DNA of 62,717 bases, filler included, from a candidate division TA06 bacterium SM23_40 (GTDB lineage Bacteria; LJUI01; SM1-40): the NCBI GenBank assembly GCA_001303705.1. It is 6 parts of 6 records of this genome, joined end to end, with 100 filler letters (N's around TTAATTAATTAA, not from the genome) between each part and the next. Parts side by side here need not be neighbours in the genome. Positions count along the whole stretch, not along the records: positions 24,515 to 32,539 come from LJUI01000123.1; positions 32,640 to 40,176 come from LJUI01000124.1; 4 more parts are not named here. One strand, 5' to 3'. How positions within the stretch are numbered: position 1 is the stretch's first letter; every line of letters begins with the position of its first letter. The translations under genes and the position numbers were made by a program. This document shows positions 28,939 through 38,475 of the stretch, in pieces. Under the pieces are notes generated by a model. It did not search any database. It saw nothing but the letters and a program-made list of their open reading frames with translations, and had not been told where the DNA came from.

Positions 28939-30405
28939 CTAGCGCAAGATCACCATCCGCTTCGTCTCGGCGAAGTCGCCGGCTTCGAGCCGGCAGAAAT
29001 AGACACCGGAGCCAACTTCGGTTCCCCGAGCGTCTCGTCCATCCCAGGTCACTCGATGCACGCCGGCCGCAACGGTCTGATCCACGAGGTCGCGTACCAG
29101 GGCGCCTCGAATGTCATAGACCGCCAGACGGACCGGCTTTAGCGTGCCGACCGAGTAGAGAATCGTCGTCGCCGAACCGAACGGATTTGGATAGTTCTGC
29201 GCAAGATAGTGGGCCTCGGTCCGAGCGATCTCATCAGATCTCCCGCTGACCTCCACATATCCGTCAGCGTCTGTCTTGATCAAATAGACATCGCCGTCGC
29301 CTTCGCCGAAGGACATAGTGTATCCACAGACGATATATCCGCCATCGGTAGTCTGCTCGGTCCAATACGCCTCGTCGTAGTCCACGCCGCCGTAAGTGCG
29401 CGTCCAAACGGTATCCCCAAAGCTGTCGGTCTTGATCAGATATGCGTCATAGTGGACCAGGGCCGACGGAACGCCGCCTGCCGCGATGATGTATCCGCCG
29501 TCACTCGTCTGAGTCGCGGAATAAGCAAAGTCTTGGTCCGCGCCGCCATATGTGCGCGTCCAGGCCGTGTCACCCGCAGTATCAGTTTTGAGAAGATAGA
29601 CATCAATGCCTCCCGCACCCCAGGAATTCGTGTATCCGGCGATGATGTACCCTCTGTCGTCCGTCTGTACAACTGATTGGGCGACATCTGCCCCCGAGCC
29701 ACCATAGGTGCGCGTTCTGATAGTATCACCTGCTGCATCGGTCTCGATCAGGTACACATCGTTCCCGCCTGCACCGAAGGACGTCGTCCTCCCGACAATC
29801 ATGTAGCCTCCATCATCCGTCTGCTGCATGGAGTACCCACTGTCATAGCCCGACCCGCCGTAAGTGCGCGTCCACAGAGTATCGCCCACAGCATCAGTCT
29901 TCAGAAGATATACATCCTCGGCACCAGCGCCGAACGAACTAGTATAGCCACAGAGGATATATCCCCCATCCGTCGTCTGCTCAACCGAACGGCAATAGTC
30001 ATTCTCCGAGCCGCCGTATATGCGCGTCCAAAGCGTGTCGCCGGCACCGTCCGTCTTTATCAGATATACATCGGAATCACCTGCGCTGAACGAGCGGCTC
30101 CTTCCTGCAAGGATGTATCCCCCATCGTCGGTCTCGGCGACCGATGCGGCGTACTCAAAGGCCGAACCGCCGTAGGTGTGCGTCCACAGAGTGTCACCCA
30201 GTTGGTCAGTCTTGATCAGATAGACGTCCCCGTTCCCTGCTCCGAATGAATATGTCTCTCCCGCAATGATATACCCTCCGTCGCTCGTCTGCGCGACCGA
30301 ATAAGCCGCGTCCCAATCAACACCGCCATAGGTCCGCTCAAACATGATCTGCGACCCAGCCGTCAGCGGAATGATAACCGCCGCTAGAAGCATCAGTACC
30401 CTCAT
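28939..30405 (-). CDS. Secreted beta-propeller repeat protein with a FlgD-Ig/T9SS-type CTD
   Basis: Seven ~52-aa repeats (TYGG..D...S..QT.DGGYI..G...DVYLIKTD..GDT) and a QNYPNPF CTD. Confidence 0.85.
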   Translation of the reverse strand: MRVLMLLAAVIIPLTAGSQIMFERTYGGVDWDAAYSVAQTSDGGYIIAGETYSFGAGNGDVYLIKTDQLGDTLWTHTYGGSAFEYAASVAETDDGGYILAGRSRSFSAGDSDVYLIKTDGAGDTLWTRIYGGSENDYCRSVEQTTDGGYILCGYTSSFGAGAEDVYLLKTDAVGDTLWTRTYGGSGYDSGYSMQQTDDGGYMIVGRTTSFGAGGNDVYLIETDAAGDTIRTRTYGGSGADVAQSVVQTDDRGYIIAGYTNSWGAGGIDVYLLKTDTAGDTAWTRTYGGADQDFAYSATQTSDGGYIIAAGGVPSALVHYDAYLIKTDSFGDTVWTRTYGGVDYDEAYWTEQTTDGGYIVCGYTMSFGEGDGDVYLIKTDADGYVEVSGRSDEIARTEAHYLAQNYPNPFGSATTILYSVGTLKPVRLAVYDIRGALVRDLVDQTVAAGVHRVTWDGRDARGTEVGSGVYFCRLEAGDFAETKRMVILR

Positions 30406-30673
30406 GGCATCTCCCTCCTCTGGTTGTACCTGTCGTTCTCCCAGAACTCAAGCATCGACCATCACCGAATCTTGATCAGCATGGTCCGCGCCCGATGAGG
30501 TATGGCGCAGGCCACTGCTTTCCTACTGCGGCGGACAAGGCTCCCCAGCTATTGCCAGCCAGCGCACCGCGCGACGTCGGTTCTCGCCACTTCCTCAACA
30601 TAGACTTCTTCAACACAGAATGACCATCAATTCCCACGAGCATGCCTGCCTGCTCGTGTCCCGATGTGCCGCG

Positions 30674-32539
30674 CTATCGCAACAGCACCATCCGCCTCGT
30701 CTCGGCGAAGTCGCCGGCTTCGAGACGGCAGAAGTAGATACCGCTCCCTACCGTCCGGCCCCGCGTGTCGCGTCCGTCCCACACCACACGATGGACTCCG
30801 GCCGCAACCCTTTCCTTCACAACCTCACGCACGAGCGCCCCCCGAATGTCGTAGATTGACACCCTCACTCGCCCCGGCGCCCGGAGGGAGTAGGCAATCG
30901 TCGTCGATGAACCGAATGGATTGGGGTAGTTCTGTGCGAGATACTGCGCGTGTGATCGGAGCCCTTCCCCCTCGCCGTCCTCCACTTCCACCACATCGGT
31001 CACCGTGATGTCGGTCTGTTCAGTATCTGCCAGGGCAGGGGTACCGAAATCGGTCGCGATGAACGTGACCGTGTACAGCCCAGCCTGTTGATAGGTGGGC
31101 GTCCACTCGAACACACCCGTCACGGCATCGAGCGTCGCCCCGCTCGGAAGATCGGGCGATGAGAAGGTAATACTGTCCTCATCCGGATCAGTCGCCTCGA
31201 GTATGAATGTGAGATACTCATTCTCAGCAATCGTCGTATCCGCTTGATCCACCAGGTCAGGACCGCGATTGGTAGGGTAGTGATATCCCATGTCGAGGGG
31301 CCAGACATCGGGATACCCGTCCGTCCTCGTCGTGCGACCCACGGGCACGAGCGAGGCGGGATTCGCCGCGTCCACGCACGGACTATCCTCGCCTTGTCCT
31401 GCCGCGATCTGACTCAGGTAGTAGTCGCCGAGCGAGCCCGACACGAAGAGCGGATCGTCATCGATGTTCCCCGGACCGATGTGGAGGCTGCACCCCGGAG
31501 GCACGTAGACCCCCAACGTACCGCCCTCCACATCACAATAGTTGAAACTGATCGCGCTCGCGTTCGAGAGCCAGACCTCCTGCCCCGTCGTCGCGGCATC
31601 ACCCCACAAGATGGAGTTGGTGACAGTGAGCGTGCAGCCGACGTCACAGTAGATCCCACCCCCGTCTCCGCTGGCAACATTCCCCGCGATCGTGTTGCTG
31701 AGGAGAAGCGGAGCACAGTGGCTGTAGCACTCGATCCCTCCCCCGTTCGCATGCAGGCTCAGGTTCTCCGTAATGGCGTTGTCCAGGATCATGGGAGATG
31801 AGTAGTAGTTACATAGGATCCCTCCGCCTCCGTAGTCAGACTGATTCCCTGCGATGGTGTTACCGCTGACGGTCGGAGATGCGTAGTTCATACACACGAT
31901 GCCGGCGCATCCCGACCACGCCTCGTTCTCCGCCACCCTGTTGTCCGCGATGATTGGAGAGGATTCTAGACAGTAGATCCCCCCCGCATAGTCCCCAGCA
32001 TTACCCGTAATCGTATTGTTCACGATCGTTGGAGATGAGTTGTCGATGCAGGCGATCCCCCCGCCCGAGTCGCTCCCATAGCAGTCGCTGATCGTATTGC
32101 CCTCTATCGTTGGCGAGGAATTCTCACAGCAGATCCCACCCCCCAGACCAACCGTCGAATCCGCCGTGATAGTGTTCCCTATGATCGTCGGCGAGGAGTC
32201 GAGACAATAGATGCCGGCGCCAGGTCCTGTCCATGGAGTGCTGTTCGCTGTGATCGTATTGCCGATGATCATGGGCGATGAGCCCGAGGTACACTTTATG
32301 CCTGCACCATCGTCGGCAGTGTTACCGCTGATCGTGTTGCCATCGATAGTCGGGGAAGCACCAGAGCAATAGATCGTGCCGCCGCCAAAAGCGGTCTCGT
32401 GCCCTGTCAGGATGTTGCCCTCGATCCTGGGTGAAGACTGACTGCAAAAGATGCCGCCGCCCTGGTCCTCTGATCCGTTCTGGATGGTGAACCCCCTCAA
32501 CACCGACATAGTATCTTCGCTGGTGTGGAACCGGAATCC
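30674..32539 (-). CDS. Secreted parallel beta-helix + Ig + FlgD-Ig/T9SS-type CTD protein (5'-truncated)
   Basis: The frame is open to the contig end; many GGGI.C..SSP.I..N.I..N repeats; same tail as its neighbours. Confidence 0.85.
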   Translation of the reverse strand, partial: GFRFHTSEDTMSVLRGFTIQNGSEDQGGGIFCSQSSPRIEGNILTGHETAFGGGTIYCSGASPTIDGNTISGNTADDGAGIKCTSGSSPMIIGNTITANSTPWTGPGAGIYCLDSSPTIIGNTITADSTVGLGGGICCENSSPTIEGNTISDCYGSDSGGGIACIDNSSPTIVNNTITGNAGDYAGGIYCLESSPIIADNRVAENEAWSGCAGIVCMNYASPTVSGNTIAGNQSDYGGGGILCNYYSSPMILDNAITENLSLHANGGGIECYSHCAPLLLSNTIAGNVASGDGGGIYCDVGCTLTVTNSILWGDAATTGQEVWLSNASAISFNYCDVEGGTLGVYVPPGCSLHIGPGNIDDDPLFVSGSLGDYYLSQIAAGQGEDSPCVDAANPASLVPVGRTTRTDGYPDVWPLDMGYHYPTNRGPDLVDQADTTIAENEYLTFILEATDPDEDSITFSSPDLPSGATLDAVTGVFEWTPTYQQAGLYTVTFIATDFGTPALADTEQTDITVTDVVEVEDGEGEGLRSHAQYLAQNYPNPFGSSTTIAYSLRAPGRVRVSIYDIRGALVREVVKERVAAGVHRVVWDGRDTRGRTVGSGIYFCRLEAGDFAETRRMVLLR

Positions 32540-32639
32540 NNNNNNNNNNNNNNNNNNNNNNNNNNNNNNNNNNNNNNNNNNNNTTAATTAATTAANNNNN
32601 NNNNNNNNNNNNNNNNNNNNNNNNNNNNNNNNNNNNNNN
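32540..32639. other. Artificial contig linker
   Basis: N44-TTAATTAATTAA-N44. Confidence 0.99.
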
Positions 32640-32876
32640 CCCCAGATCCTGATCGATCTCGCCGCCGTCATCGGTGACCCAGACTTCGCCGTGTTCGGTC
32701 GGTCTCAGCGTGCCGGCATCATAGTTTATGTACGGGTCTATTTTGACGGCGGTTGTGCGAAATCCATACTGCTGCAATATCTTGGCGATCGACGCTGTTG
32801 CGAGACCCTTTCCCACCCCGCTCATCACTCCACCGGTGACCACGATGTACTTGGGGAAGCCTTCGCTTGGGGGCAC
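32640..32876 (-). CDS. pyrG: CTP synthase, N-terminal fragment (truncated by contig end)
   Basis: [23 protein letters not shown] and [18 protein letters not shown] motifs; follows kdsB. Confidence 0.93.
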
Positions 32877-32908
32877 GATCTTCTTCTCCCTCGGATGAGC
32901 TCTACCGG

Positions 32909-33727
32909 TTATAGATCTCCACTCAGGCTGACGGCTTGAGGCTCCGCGCCGAGCTCGCGCATACGGGCCTCCACCGCCTCGACGTCCTCAGGCCGATCGA
33001 CACCCTGTGTGGCGTAGTCGGTTACGACAGCCCTGATCGACAATCCGTTTTCCAGAGCACGGAGCTGCTCCAGATCCTCGGCCAGCTCGAGCAGTGAAGG
33101 CCCGAACGAGGAGAACGCAGCGAGAGCCTCCTGCCGATAGGCATAGATACCGATATGGCGGTATGTGCAGTGGGACCGCGACTGCCGAGCGGTGCGAGGA
33201 GAACCGACATCTCCTGCGACAGAAGGAGCCGATGAGGGCCAACCAGAAGCGATAGGCCAACGAGAGAAGTAGAGAACGGACTGATCTCTCGTGAGAACTG
33301 CCTTTACCAGCGACGGATCCTCAGGATCGAGGTGATCTTCGAATTCTCGAACGAGAGTTGCGATCGGAATCGACGGATCGTCACGTAGTGGCTCGATAAC
33401 CTCGCTGATCATGCCGGGCTCGATGAGAGGTTCGTCGCCCTGAATGTTGACTATTATGTCAGCCTGTAGATCTCTGGCCGCTTCCGCAACCCTATCTGTC
33501 CCGCAACGGTGCTCTCTGGAAGTCAGCCGAGCCTCCCCACCGAACTCACGAACGGCGCGGATGATCCTCTCATCGTCGGTCGCCACCAGCACCCTCTCGA
33601 GCACGGCGCATTGACGAACGCGCTGGTAGACGTGCCAGATCATAGGCCGCCCCAGAATCGGGGCAAGAGGTTTTCCCGGGAACCGCGTCGATCCGTACCG
33701 TGCCGGAATCACTCCGACTGCCTTCAC
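32909..33727 (-). CDS. kdsB: 3-deoxy-manno-octulosonate cytidylyltransferase
   Basis: [33 protein letters not shown] and LEQLRALE motifs; GTG start with a GGAGG RBS. Confidence 0.95.
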   Translation of the reverse strand: MKAVGVIPARYGSTRFPGKPLAPILGRPMIWHVYQRVRQCAVLERVLVATDDERIIRAVREFGGEARLTSREHRCGTDRVAEAARDLQADIIVNIQGDEPLIEPGMISEVIEPLRDDPSIPIATLVREFEDHLDPEDPSLVKAVLTRDQSVLYFSRWPIASGWPSSAPSVAGDVGSPRTARQSRSHCTYRHIGIYAYRQEALAAFSSFGPSLLELAEDLEQLRALENGLSIRAVVTDYATQGVDRPEDVEAVEARMRELGAEPQAVSLSGDL

Positions 33728-33816
33728 CTCACAAGCACTCCTCCCCCACAAATCGATGGAGGTCAACGTGTAAGATTCGGTATAGAAGCAGCTTGAGCGG
33801 GCGACTCCCTCTCTGG

Positions 33817-33845
33817 AATCTAGCAGATCGAACGAATGGTGTCAA
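33817..33845 (-). promoter_or_regulatory. Putative sigma70 promoter for kdsB-pyrG
   Basis: Minus strand reads TTGACA-N17-TAGATT, preceded by TGn. Confidence 0.5.
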
Positions 33846-33980
33846 GGAAAATAAGCGAAGCGCCCTCCCCGCGAGGCGGATTGCCCCGGCGGGAAGAGCG
33901 CATCTCGACCGGAAGATTGGAAGGATCACCCGGAGCCGCCCGGAATCCCGGCGTACCGCGACTGAACGAGCCGCCGCCTC

Positions 33981-36077
33981 CTACGGCACGACCTCGAACT
34001 CGAGGATGTCCTGGTCATACAGTGTCGCCGGCGGCACCCCCACCTGGCCCCTGTACTTGTAGGTGCCAAACGGCGCCATCATGGGCACCTGGTGGGCATA
34101 ACTCATCGTATCGGACTCGTACGGCTCTAGATCGATTGCCTGAGGTCCGTCGAGCGGGTTCCCGGGATAGGGATTTCCGCTCGGCAGCCTGAGCATCCCG
34201 CGGTAGTATACAGATTGAGAAGATGCAGAATTGTTCGTCAGAATCGCCCGGTAGCTGAGCTGGCCGCCACGGTGGATAGAGGTGGAATCGGGAAGCACCG
34301 TCACTCCCACGGGAACGCGCGGGAACGACTCGATCGCATCCAGATCGAATCCCGGATAGTTGACGAACGGGCTCCCTCCGCCATCGTCCTCTATCTTGAG
34401 GTACCGGCAGGAGTCGAGACCGGTCGCGGCGAGATCGAAGCTGGCCGTGCCCAGACCGGATCCGACGGCCAGCCAGGGTCCGTTCCAGGCGTCCGATGCC
34501 GAGACCTCATACCCTTCGGCAGGCTCCATTCCCTCGTGTACGGTGAAATCGTCACCGGGCCCGTCGTAGATCATTCCCCCCGCACCCATGTCGAGCAGTA
34601 TCTCGCCGTTCACACCCAGCGAAGCAACCTGCCCGTCAGGCGGGCCCAGGGCGAATACAGCATCTGTCGGGTTGTTCTGATAGTTGTTGGGGTACGAATA
34701 GGGATCATAGAAATTGCAGGCGACAACTCCCGCTGCATTCCTCGGACCGCCGGGCTCCAGAGCGACGTCGACGACGACCGACCCGGTATCGGGGACAACG
34801 ATGCCGCTGATCGTAGTCTCGGCATACCCGCTCGCCCAGTACTGCACGCTATAGGTCCCGGGGAGGAGCGCCCGGTGATAGTCTCCCAGCTCAGGATCCG
34901 TGAATATCGGCCACCCTGTCTCTACGACTGTGACCATTGCGGCGAGCGAATCTCCCGTGGTCGCATCGGTTACCACTCCCTCGATCCCGTTTCCCGCCTC
35001 CTCGATGATCATCAACATCGCGTCCCGATTGAGATCCCAGACCTGAGGGATGTTGTTGTTGGCCAGCTCGATCGTCCAGTCGATGTCGCCCAGCGTGCCG
35101 TAAGCGAAATCGTTGGCGTCGCCCCGCGTCTGGTACCAGTCATAGCCCTCGACCACCCAATAGCCGTTGTAGAAGGCGTACTGCTCGGAGAGTTCGACGA
35201 CCAGCGGCTCGTCGGGGACGGGCTGCCCCTTGTAGTTCCAGACGTAGTTCACAATGTCGCCGGATGTGTGATACGACAGCGAGAGGACCGCCGGGTGGTC
35301 GAGCGCCAGGCGGCGCATCACCTGAGTCTCCGGCTGTGAGTAGTAACCCCAGCTGTTGCCCGATCCATTCCACATATAACCGTAATCGCGGTTGAGATCG
35401 ACATTATTCGCGTTGCGACGGGTAGGCCAGGGCGTGGCCTCGCGCCCGTCCGGATTGACCATGGGGACGATCCATATTCCGCGGCCATCTACGAGATCCG
35501 TGATTCTCTGGATCACGCCGTAGTTATCGGTGAGATGATTGGCCAGCTCCAGGGGCATCTCCGTCGACATCAGCTCGTCGCCATGGTGGAGGCCCGTGAT
35601 CCGTACCTCAGGCTCGTTCTCCTCGATCTCCGCATTGTCACTCACCCTGAGCGCCCAGATCGTCCGACCTTCCACGCTTTCGCCGTAATCGTACAGAGCC
35701 GCTATGTCCGGGTGGTCCGCGGCGATCTGCTGGAGCTCCGCGGTCATCGTGGCATAGTCATGGAACTGATCAGCACCATCGAGGAACCAGAACCTCTCCT
35801 CGGGCCTTTCGTACACGAGCTCGGGCTCGAGGCCGAGGCTCCGCGCCTCCTCCAGCTGCTCGGACGAGAGAAGCGTCTCCACGGTCAGCCCGCGCACGTT
35901 CCGCACGGTATACCCCAACTCCTGCAGCTCCCCCACCTCCGCACGGCTCGACACACGGAACCGAACAACGTGTTCCGGTTCGGCCTCGAATCCGGCGACA
36001 AGGGTTACCAGCCCCGGGCCGATAATCAATGCCGCGGCCACCGAACAGTATGCAATCCACCTGTTCATCAAGTTCAT
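33981..36077 (-). CDS. Secreted M14 zinc carboxypeptidase with regulatory-like domain and shared C-terminal module
   Basis: Signal peptide; HHGDE, NPDG, DLNRDY, SYHT and TIEL motifs; C-terminal ~100-aa GNPYPGNP module. Confidence 0.88.
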   Translation of the reverse strand: MNLMNRWIAYCSVAAALIIGPGLVTLVAGFEAEPEHVVRFRVSSRAEVGELQELGYTVRNVRGLTVETLLSSEQLEEARSLGLEPELVYERPEERFWFLDGADQFHDYATMTAELQQIAADHPDIAALYDYGESVEGRTIWALRVSDNAEIEENEPEVRITGLHHGDELMSTEMPLELANHLTDNYGVIQRITDLVDGRGIWIVPMVNPDGREATPWPTRRNANNVDLNRDYGYMWNGSGNSWGYYSQPETQVMRRLALDHPAVLSLSYHTSGDIVNYVWNYKGQPVPDEPLVVELSEQYAFYNGYWVVEGYDWYQTRGDANDFAYGTLGDIDWTIELANNNIPQVWDLNRDAMLMIIEEAGNGIEGVVTDATTGDSLAAMVTVVETGWPIFTDPELGDYHRALLPGTYSVQYWASGYAETTISGIVVPDTGSVVVDVALEPGGPRNAAGVVACNFYDPYSYPNNYQNNPTDAVFALGPPDGQVASLGVNGEILLDMGAGGMIYDGPGDDFTVHEGMEPAEGYEVSASDAWNGPWLAVGSGLGTASFDLAATGLDSCRYLKIEDDGGGSPFVNYPGFDLDAIESFPRVPVGVTVLPDSTSIHRGGQLSYRAILTNNSASSQSVYYRGMLRLPSGNPYPGNPLDGPQAIDLEPYESDTMSYAHQVPMMAPFGTYKYRGQVGVPPATLYDQDILEFEVVP

Positions 36078-36271
36078 CTCCTCCCTCTCTGCTACGGTTC
36101 CCGCAGCCTCACTACGCCATGGAAGCTAGTTTCGCACCGCCGCGCAAGCCGAATCTCAAAGCGCAGAGGCGGAGAATCCTCTGTTGCCGGATCCCCCGCC
36201 CCGGCCGCACACTGACAATGATTCGCTACGTAGACTCACAGCCGCCCTCTGGGGCAGGCCGAAGTCCGAGT

Positions 36272-38098
36272 CTACGGCTCGATCACCGTGAACTCGAACG
36301 AGTCGGTATCGAGAACCGAGTTCGGAGGATAGCCGACCTCGGCCCCGTACTCATACACCCCCAGCGGAGCGTTCATCGGCACACCGTGCGTGATGTGCTT
36401 GGTGATCGTGGCATTGGGCTGGAGCGTGAAGTAGATCGGGCCGACGACCGGATTCCCCGGATACGGATTGCCGTTGGGAAGCGTCACTTCCGACATGCCG
36501 TACACATTCTGTGCAGTCGATGTGTGGTTGACTATGGTAGCTGTGAGTCCGAGCTGCCCGCCTCGAGGCACAAAGACAGCATCAGGCACGAGATCAAGGG
36601 TCACGATCTCAGTGCCCGGGAACTCGATGTTGAACTCCGTGGGAGCACCCGATCCGACCGCAACTCCGGGGTACACCTGTGGCTCATACCCTTGTGCAGT
36701 GGCGATCACCGTGTATGTCCCCGGCTGCAGCATCTTGTTGTACAGTCCTGTCTCGCCGTCGCTCATCCGGAACCAGAGCGTGTCCCCGGTCGAGGTGACG
36801 AAATCGATCTGTGCTTCGACCGGCGTATTATCGGTGGCCGCAGTCACCAATCCGAACAGCCCGGGCCCGTTGAGACGCTCGAACAACTCGAGCGCCGCGG
36901 GAAGGTTCAGCTCGCAGTGGTACTCGATCTGATAGCCGGGCGGGATGAACTCCGTGGCCATCTCGATGGTATAGGCGAATGTCCCGTACAGGCCGTACGT
37001 GTGGTCACAGAAGTCGCCGTTCAGCAGATAGAGCAACATCGAGCCGACCCCGGGCGTGTATCCGGTATGGGCCGCCATGGCGTTACCCAGTTCGGCGAAT
37101 ACCGCGTTGTCAGGCGGGTACTCCTCGATGTACCCCCAGGGGTAGAGGATCCATTCTCCGTGTGTGTGATAGGTGAGTGCAGATACGGGGTTCTGTTCTT
37201 CGATGAGTGCGACCATTGCCTGGATCTCCGGCTCAGAGGCCGGTCCTGTACCCCGGTATGTCTGATCCCATATGTCGGGGCTCGATCCATAGTTGTCGTA
37301 CCCCCACTTGTACTCATAGTTGCGGTTGGGATCGACGCCCTCGTGGTAGTAGCCCACCCACCACTGATACTCGTAGAGAATCTGGTTCTGATTCGTGTCC
37401 CTGGTGTTCTTCCTCCACCACTCGAAGTCGGGATGGGTGAGCGAGTACTCCAGCACCACCCAGTGCCCGTCGGGATTGACTAGCGGGACGATCCAGATCT
37501 CGGTCTCATCGATCCACTCTGTGACATCCGGATTGATCCCATAGTTGTCGACAAGATAGTGGAGCAGGTACAGACACATCTCCAGGGTGAGAGGCTCCCT
37601 CGCATGATGGACACCGCAGTAGAAGATAGCCGGCTCGGCCTCCTCCTGGGCGACGTTGTCCGAGATCTTCATGGCCCAGATGTCGCGGTCGCTGTACCCC
37701 TCGACCTTCTCCCACGGATCCCCGATGTCGTAGAGCTTGGCGATCGCCCCGTGTTGGCTCTCGATCTGCTCAAGCTCGGCCAGCATCTCGTCATACATGT
37801 GGTATTCCGGATCGATGTCGATTTCTCCCAGATCTTCGATGACGACCTCCGTCCCGAACCCCTCCTCCTGGAGGTATTGGAGGCCCCGGCTCGTCGTCAG
37901 CACATCCACGTACCCCGTCTTCCCGAAGGCTGCGATGTCAAATCGCGCCCTCACCAGGCTGGCAATATCCTCGCGCGACGATACGTATACCCGCACCAGC
38001 ATGGGGGATTCACCGTCAGGCCTGGCGGCCGTGCTGATGGTTCCCGAAAGCAGCACCGCGAGGACCGCCGCCGCAATCACCCACAATCGCATCCGCAT
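36272..38098 (-). CDS. Secreted M14 zinc carboxypeptidase (carboxypeptidase T-like)
   Basis: Signal peptide; HHARE, WRKN, GVDPNRNY, SEPE, TYHT and YTIEM motifs; same C-terminal module. Confidence 0.9.
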   Translation of the reverse strand: MRMRLWVIAAAVLAVLLSGTISTAARPDGESPMLVRVYVSSREDIASLVRARFDIAAFGKTGYVDVLTTSRGLQYLQEEGFGTEVVIEDLGEIDIDPEYHMYDEMLAELEQIESQHGAIAKLYDIGDPWEKVEGYSDRDIWAMKISDNVAQEEAEPAIFYCGVHHAREPLTLEMCLYLLHYLVDNYGINPDVTEWIDETEIWIVPLVNPDGHWVVLEYSLTHPDFEWWRKNTRDTNQNQILYEYQWWVGYYHEGVDPNRNYEYKWGYDNYGSSPDIWDQTYRGTGPASEPEIQAMVALIEEQNPVSALTYHTHGEWILYPWGYIEEYPPDNAVFAELGNAMAAHTGYTPGVGSMLLYLLNGDFCDHTYGLYGTFAYTIEMATEFIPPGYQIEYHCELNLPAALELFERLNGPGLFGLVTAATDNTPVEAQIDFVTSTGDTLWFRMSDGETGLYNKMLQPGTYTVIATAQGYEPQVYPGVAVGSGAPTEFNIEFPGTEIVTLDLVPDAVFVPRGGQLGLTATIVNHTSTAQNVYGMSEVTLPNGNPYPGNPVVGPIYFTLQPNATITKHITHGVPMNAPLGVYEYGAEVGYPPNSVLDTDSFEFTVIEP

Positions 38099-38199
38099 TC
38101 TCCTGCGCTCCTTTCCCTTCAGATATCCACCCCTCTCTTCAGATGATCACCCGGACGCACCAGCAGCCGTTTGGGCGATCTGCTTTCCTTCTTCCCATC

Positions 38200-38430
38200 C
38201 CTGCCAATTCTCTGTCTTGCCGGCTATCTGTCCTGCCTGCTCTCCATCCCGAAACTGCCCGCCCCACTACTATGCGCCCTGACAACTGTCCATCCTGACA
38301 ACTCACCACTCTGACAACTCACCATCCTGACAACTGCCCGCGCTGCCCGACATCCATCGTGCCGGCTATCTGTCCTGCCGCCTATCTGTCCTCCCGACTA
38401 TCCATCCTCCCGATTATCCGTCCTGCCGCC
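38200..38430. repeat. Degenerate 16-bp tandem array
   Basis: (C/T)CTGACAACT units at 38278, 38294, 38310 and 38326, with CCTGCC..CTATCTGT-like units on both sides. Confidence 0.75.
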
Positions 38431-38475
38431 CCGGGTCTCCGGTACTGGCGATATCACGGGACCCGAGGGCACGCG

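Noticed and set aside
24609-31000. Similar 3' ends of the surface-protein genes as DGR template/variable repeats
   Set aside because: All copies are coding, the differences I compared are mostly synonymous and not adenine-specific, and there is no reverse transcriptase in the window.
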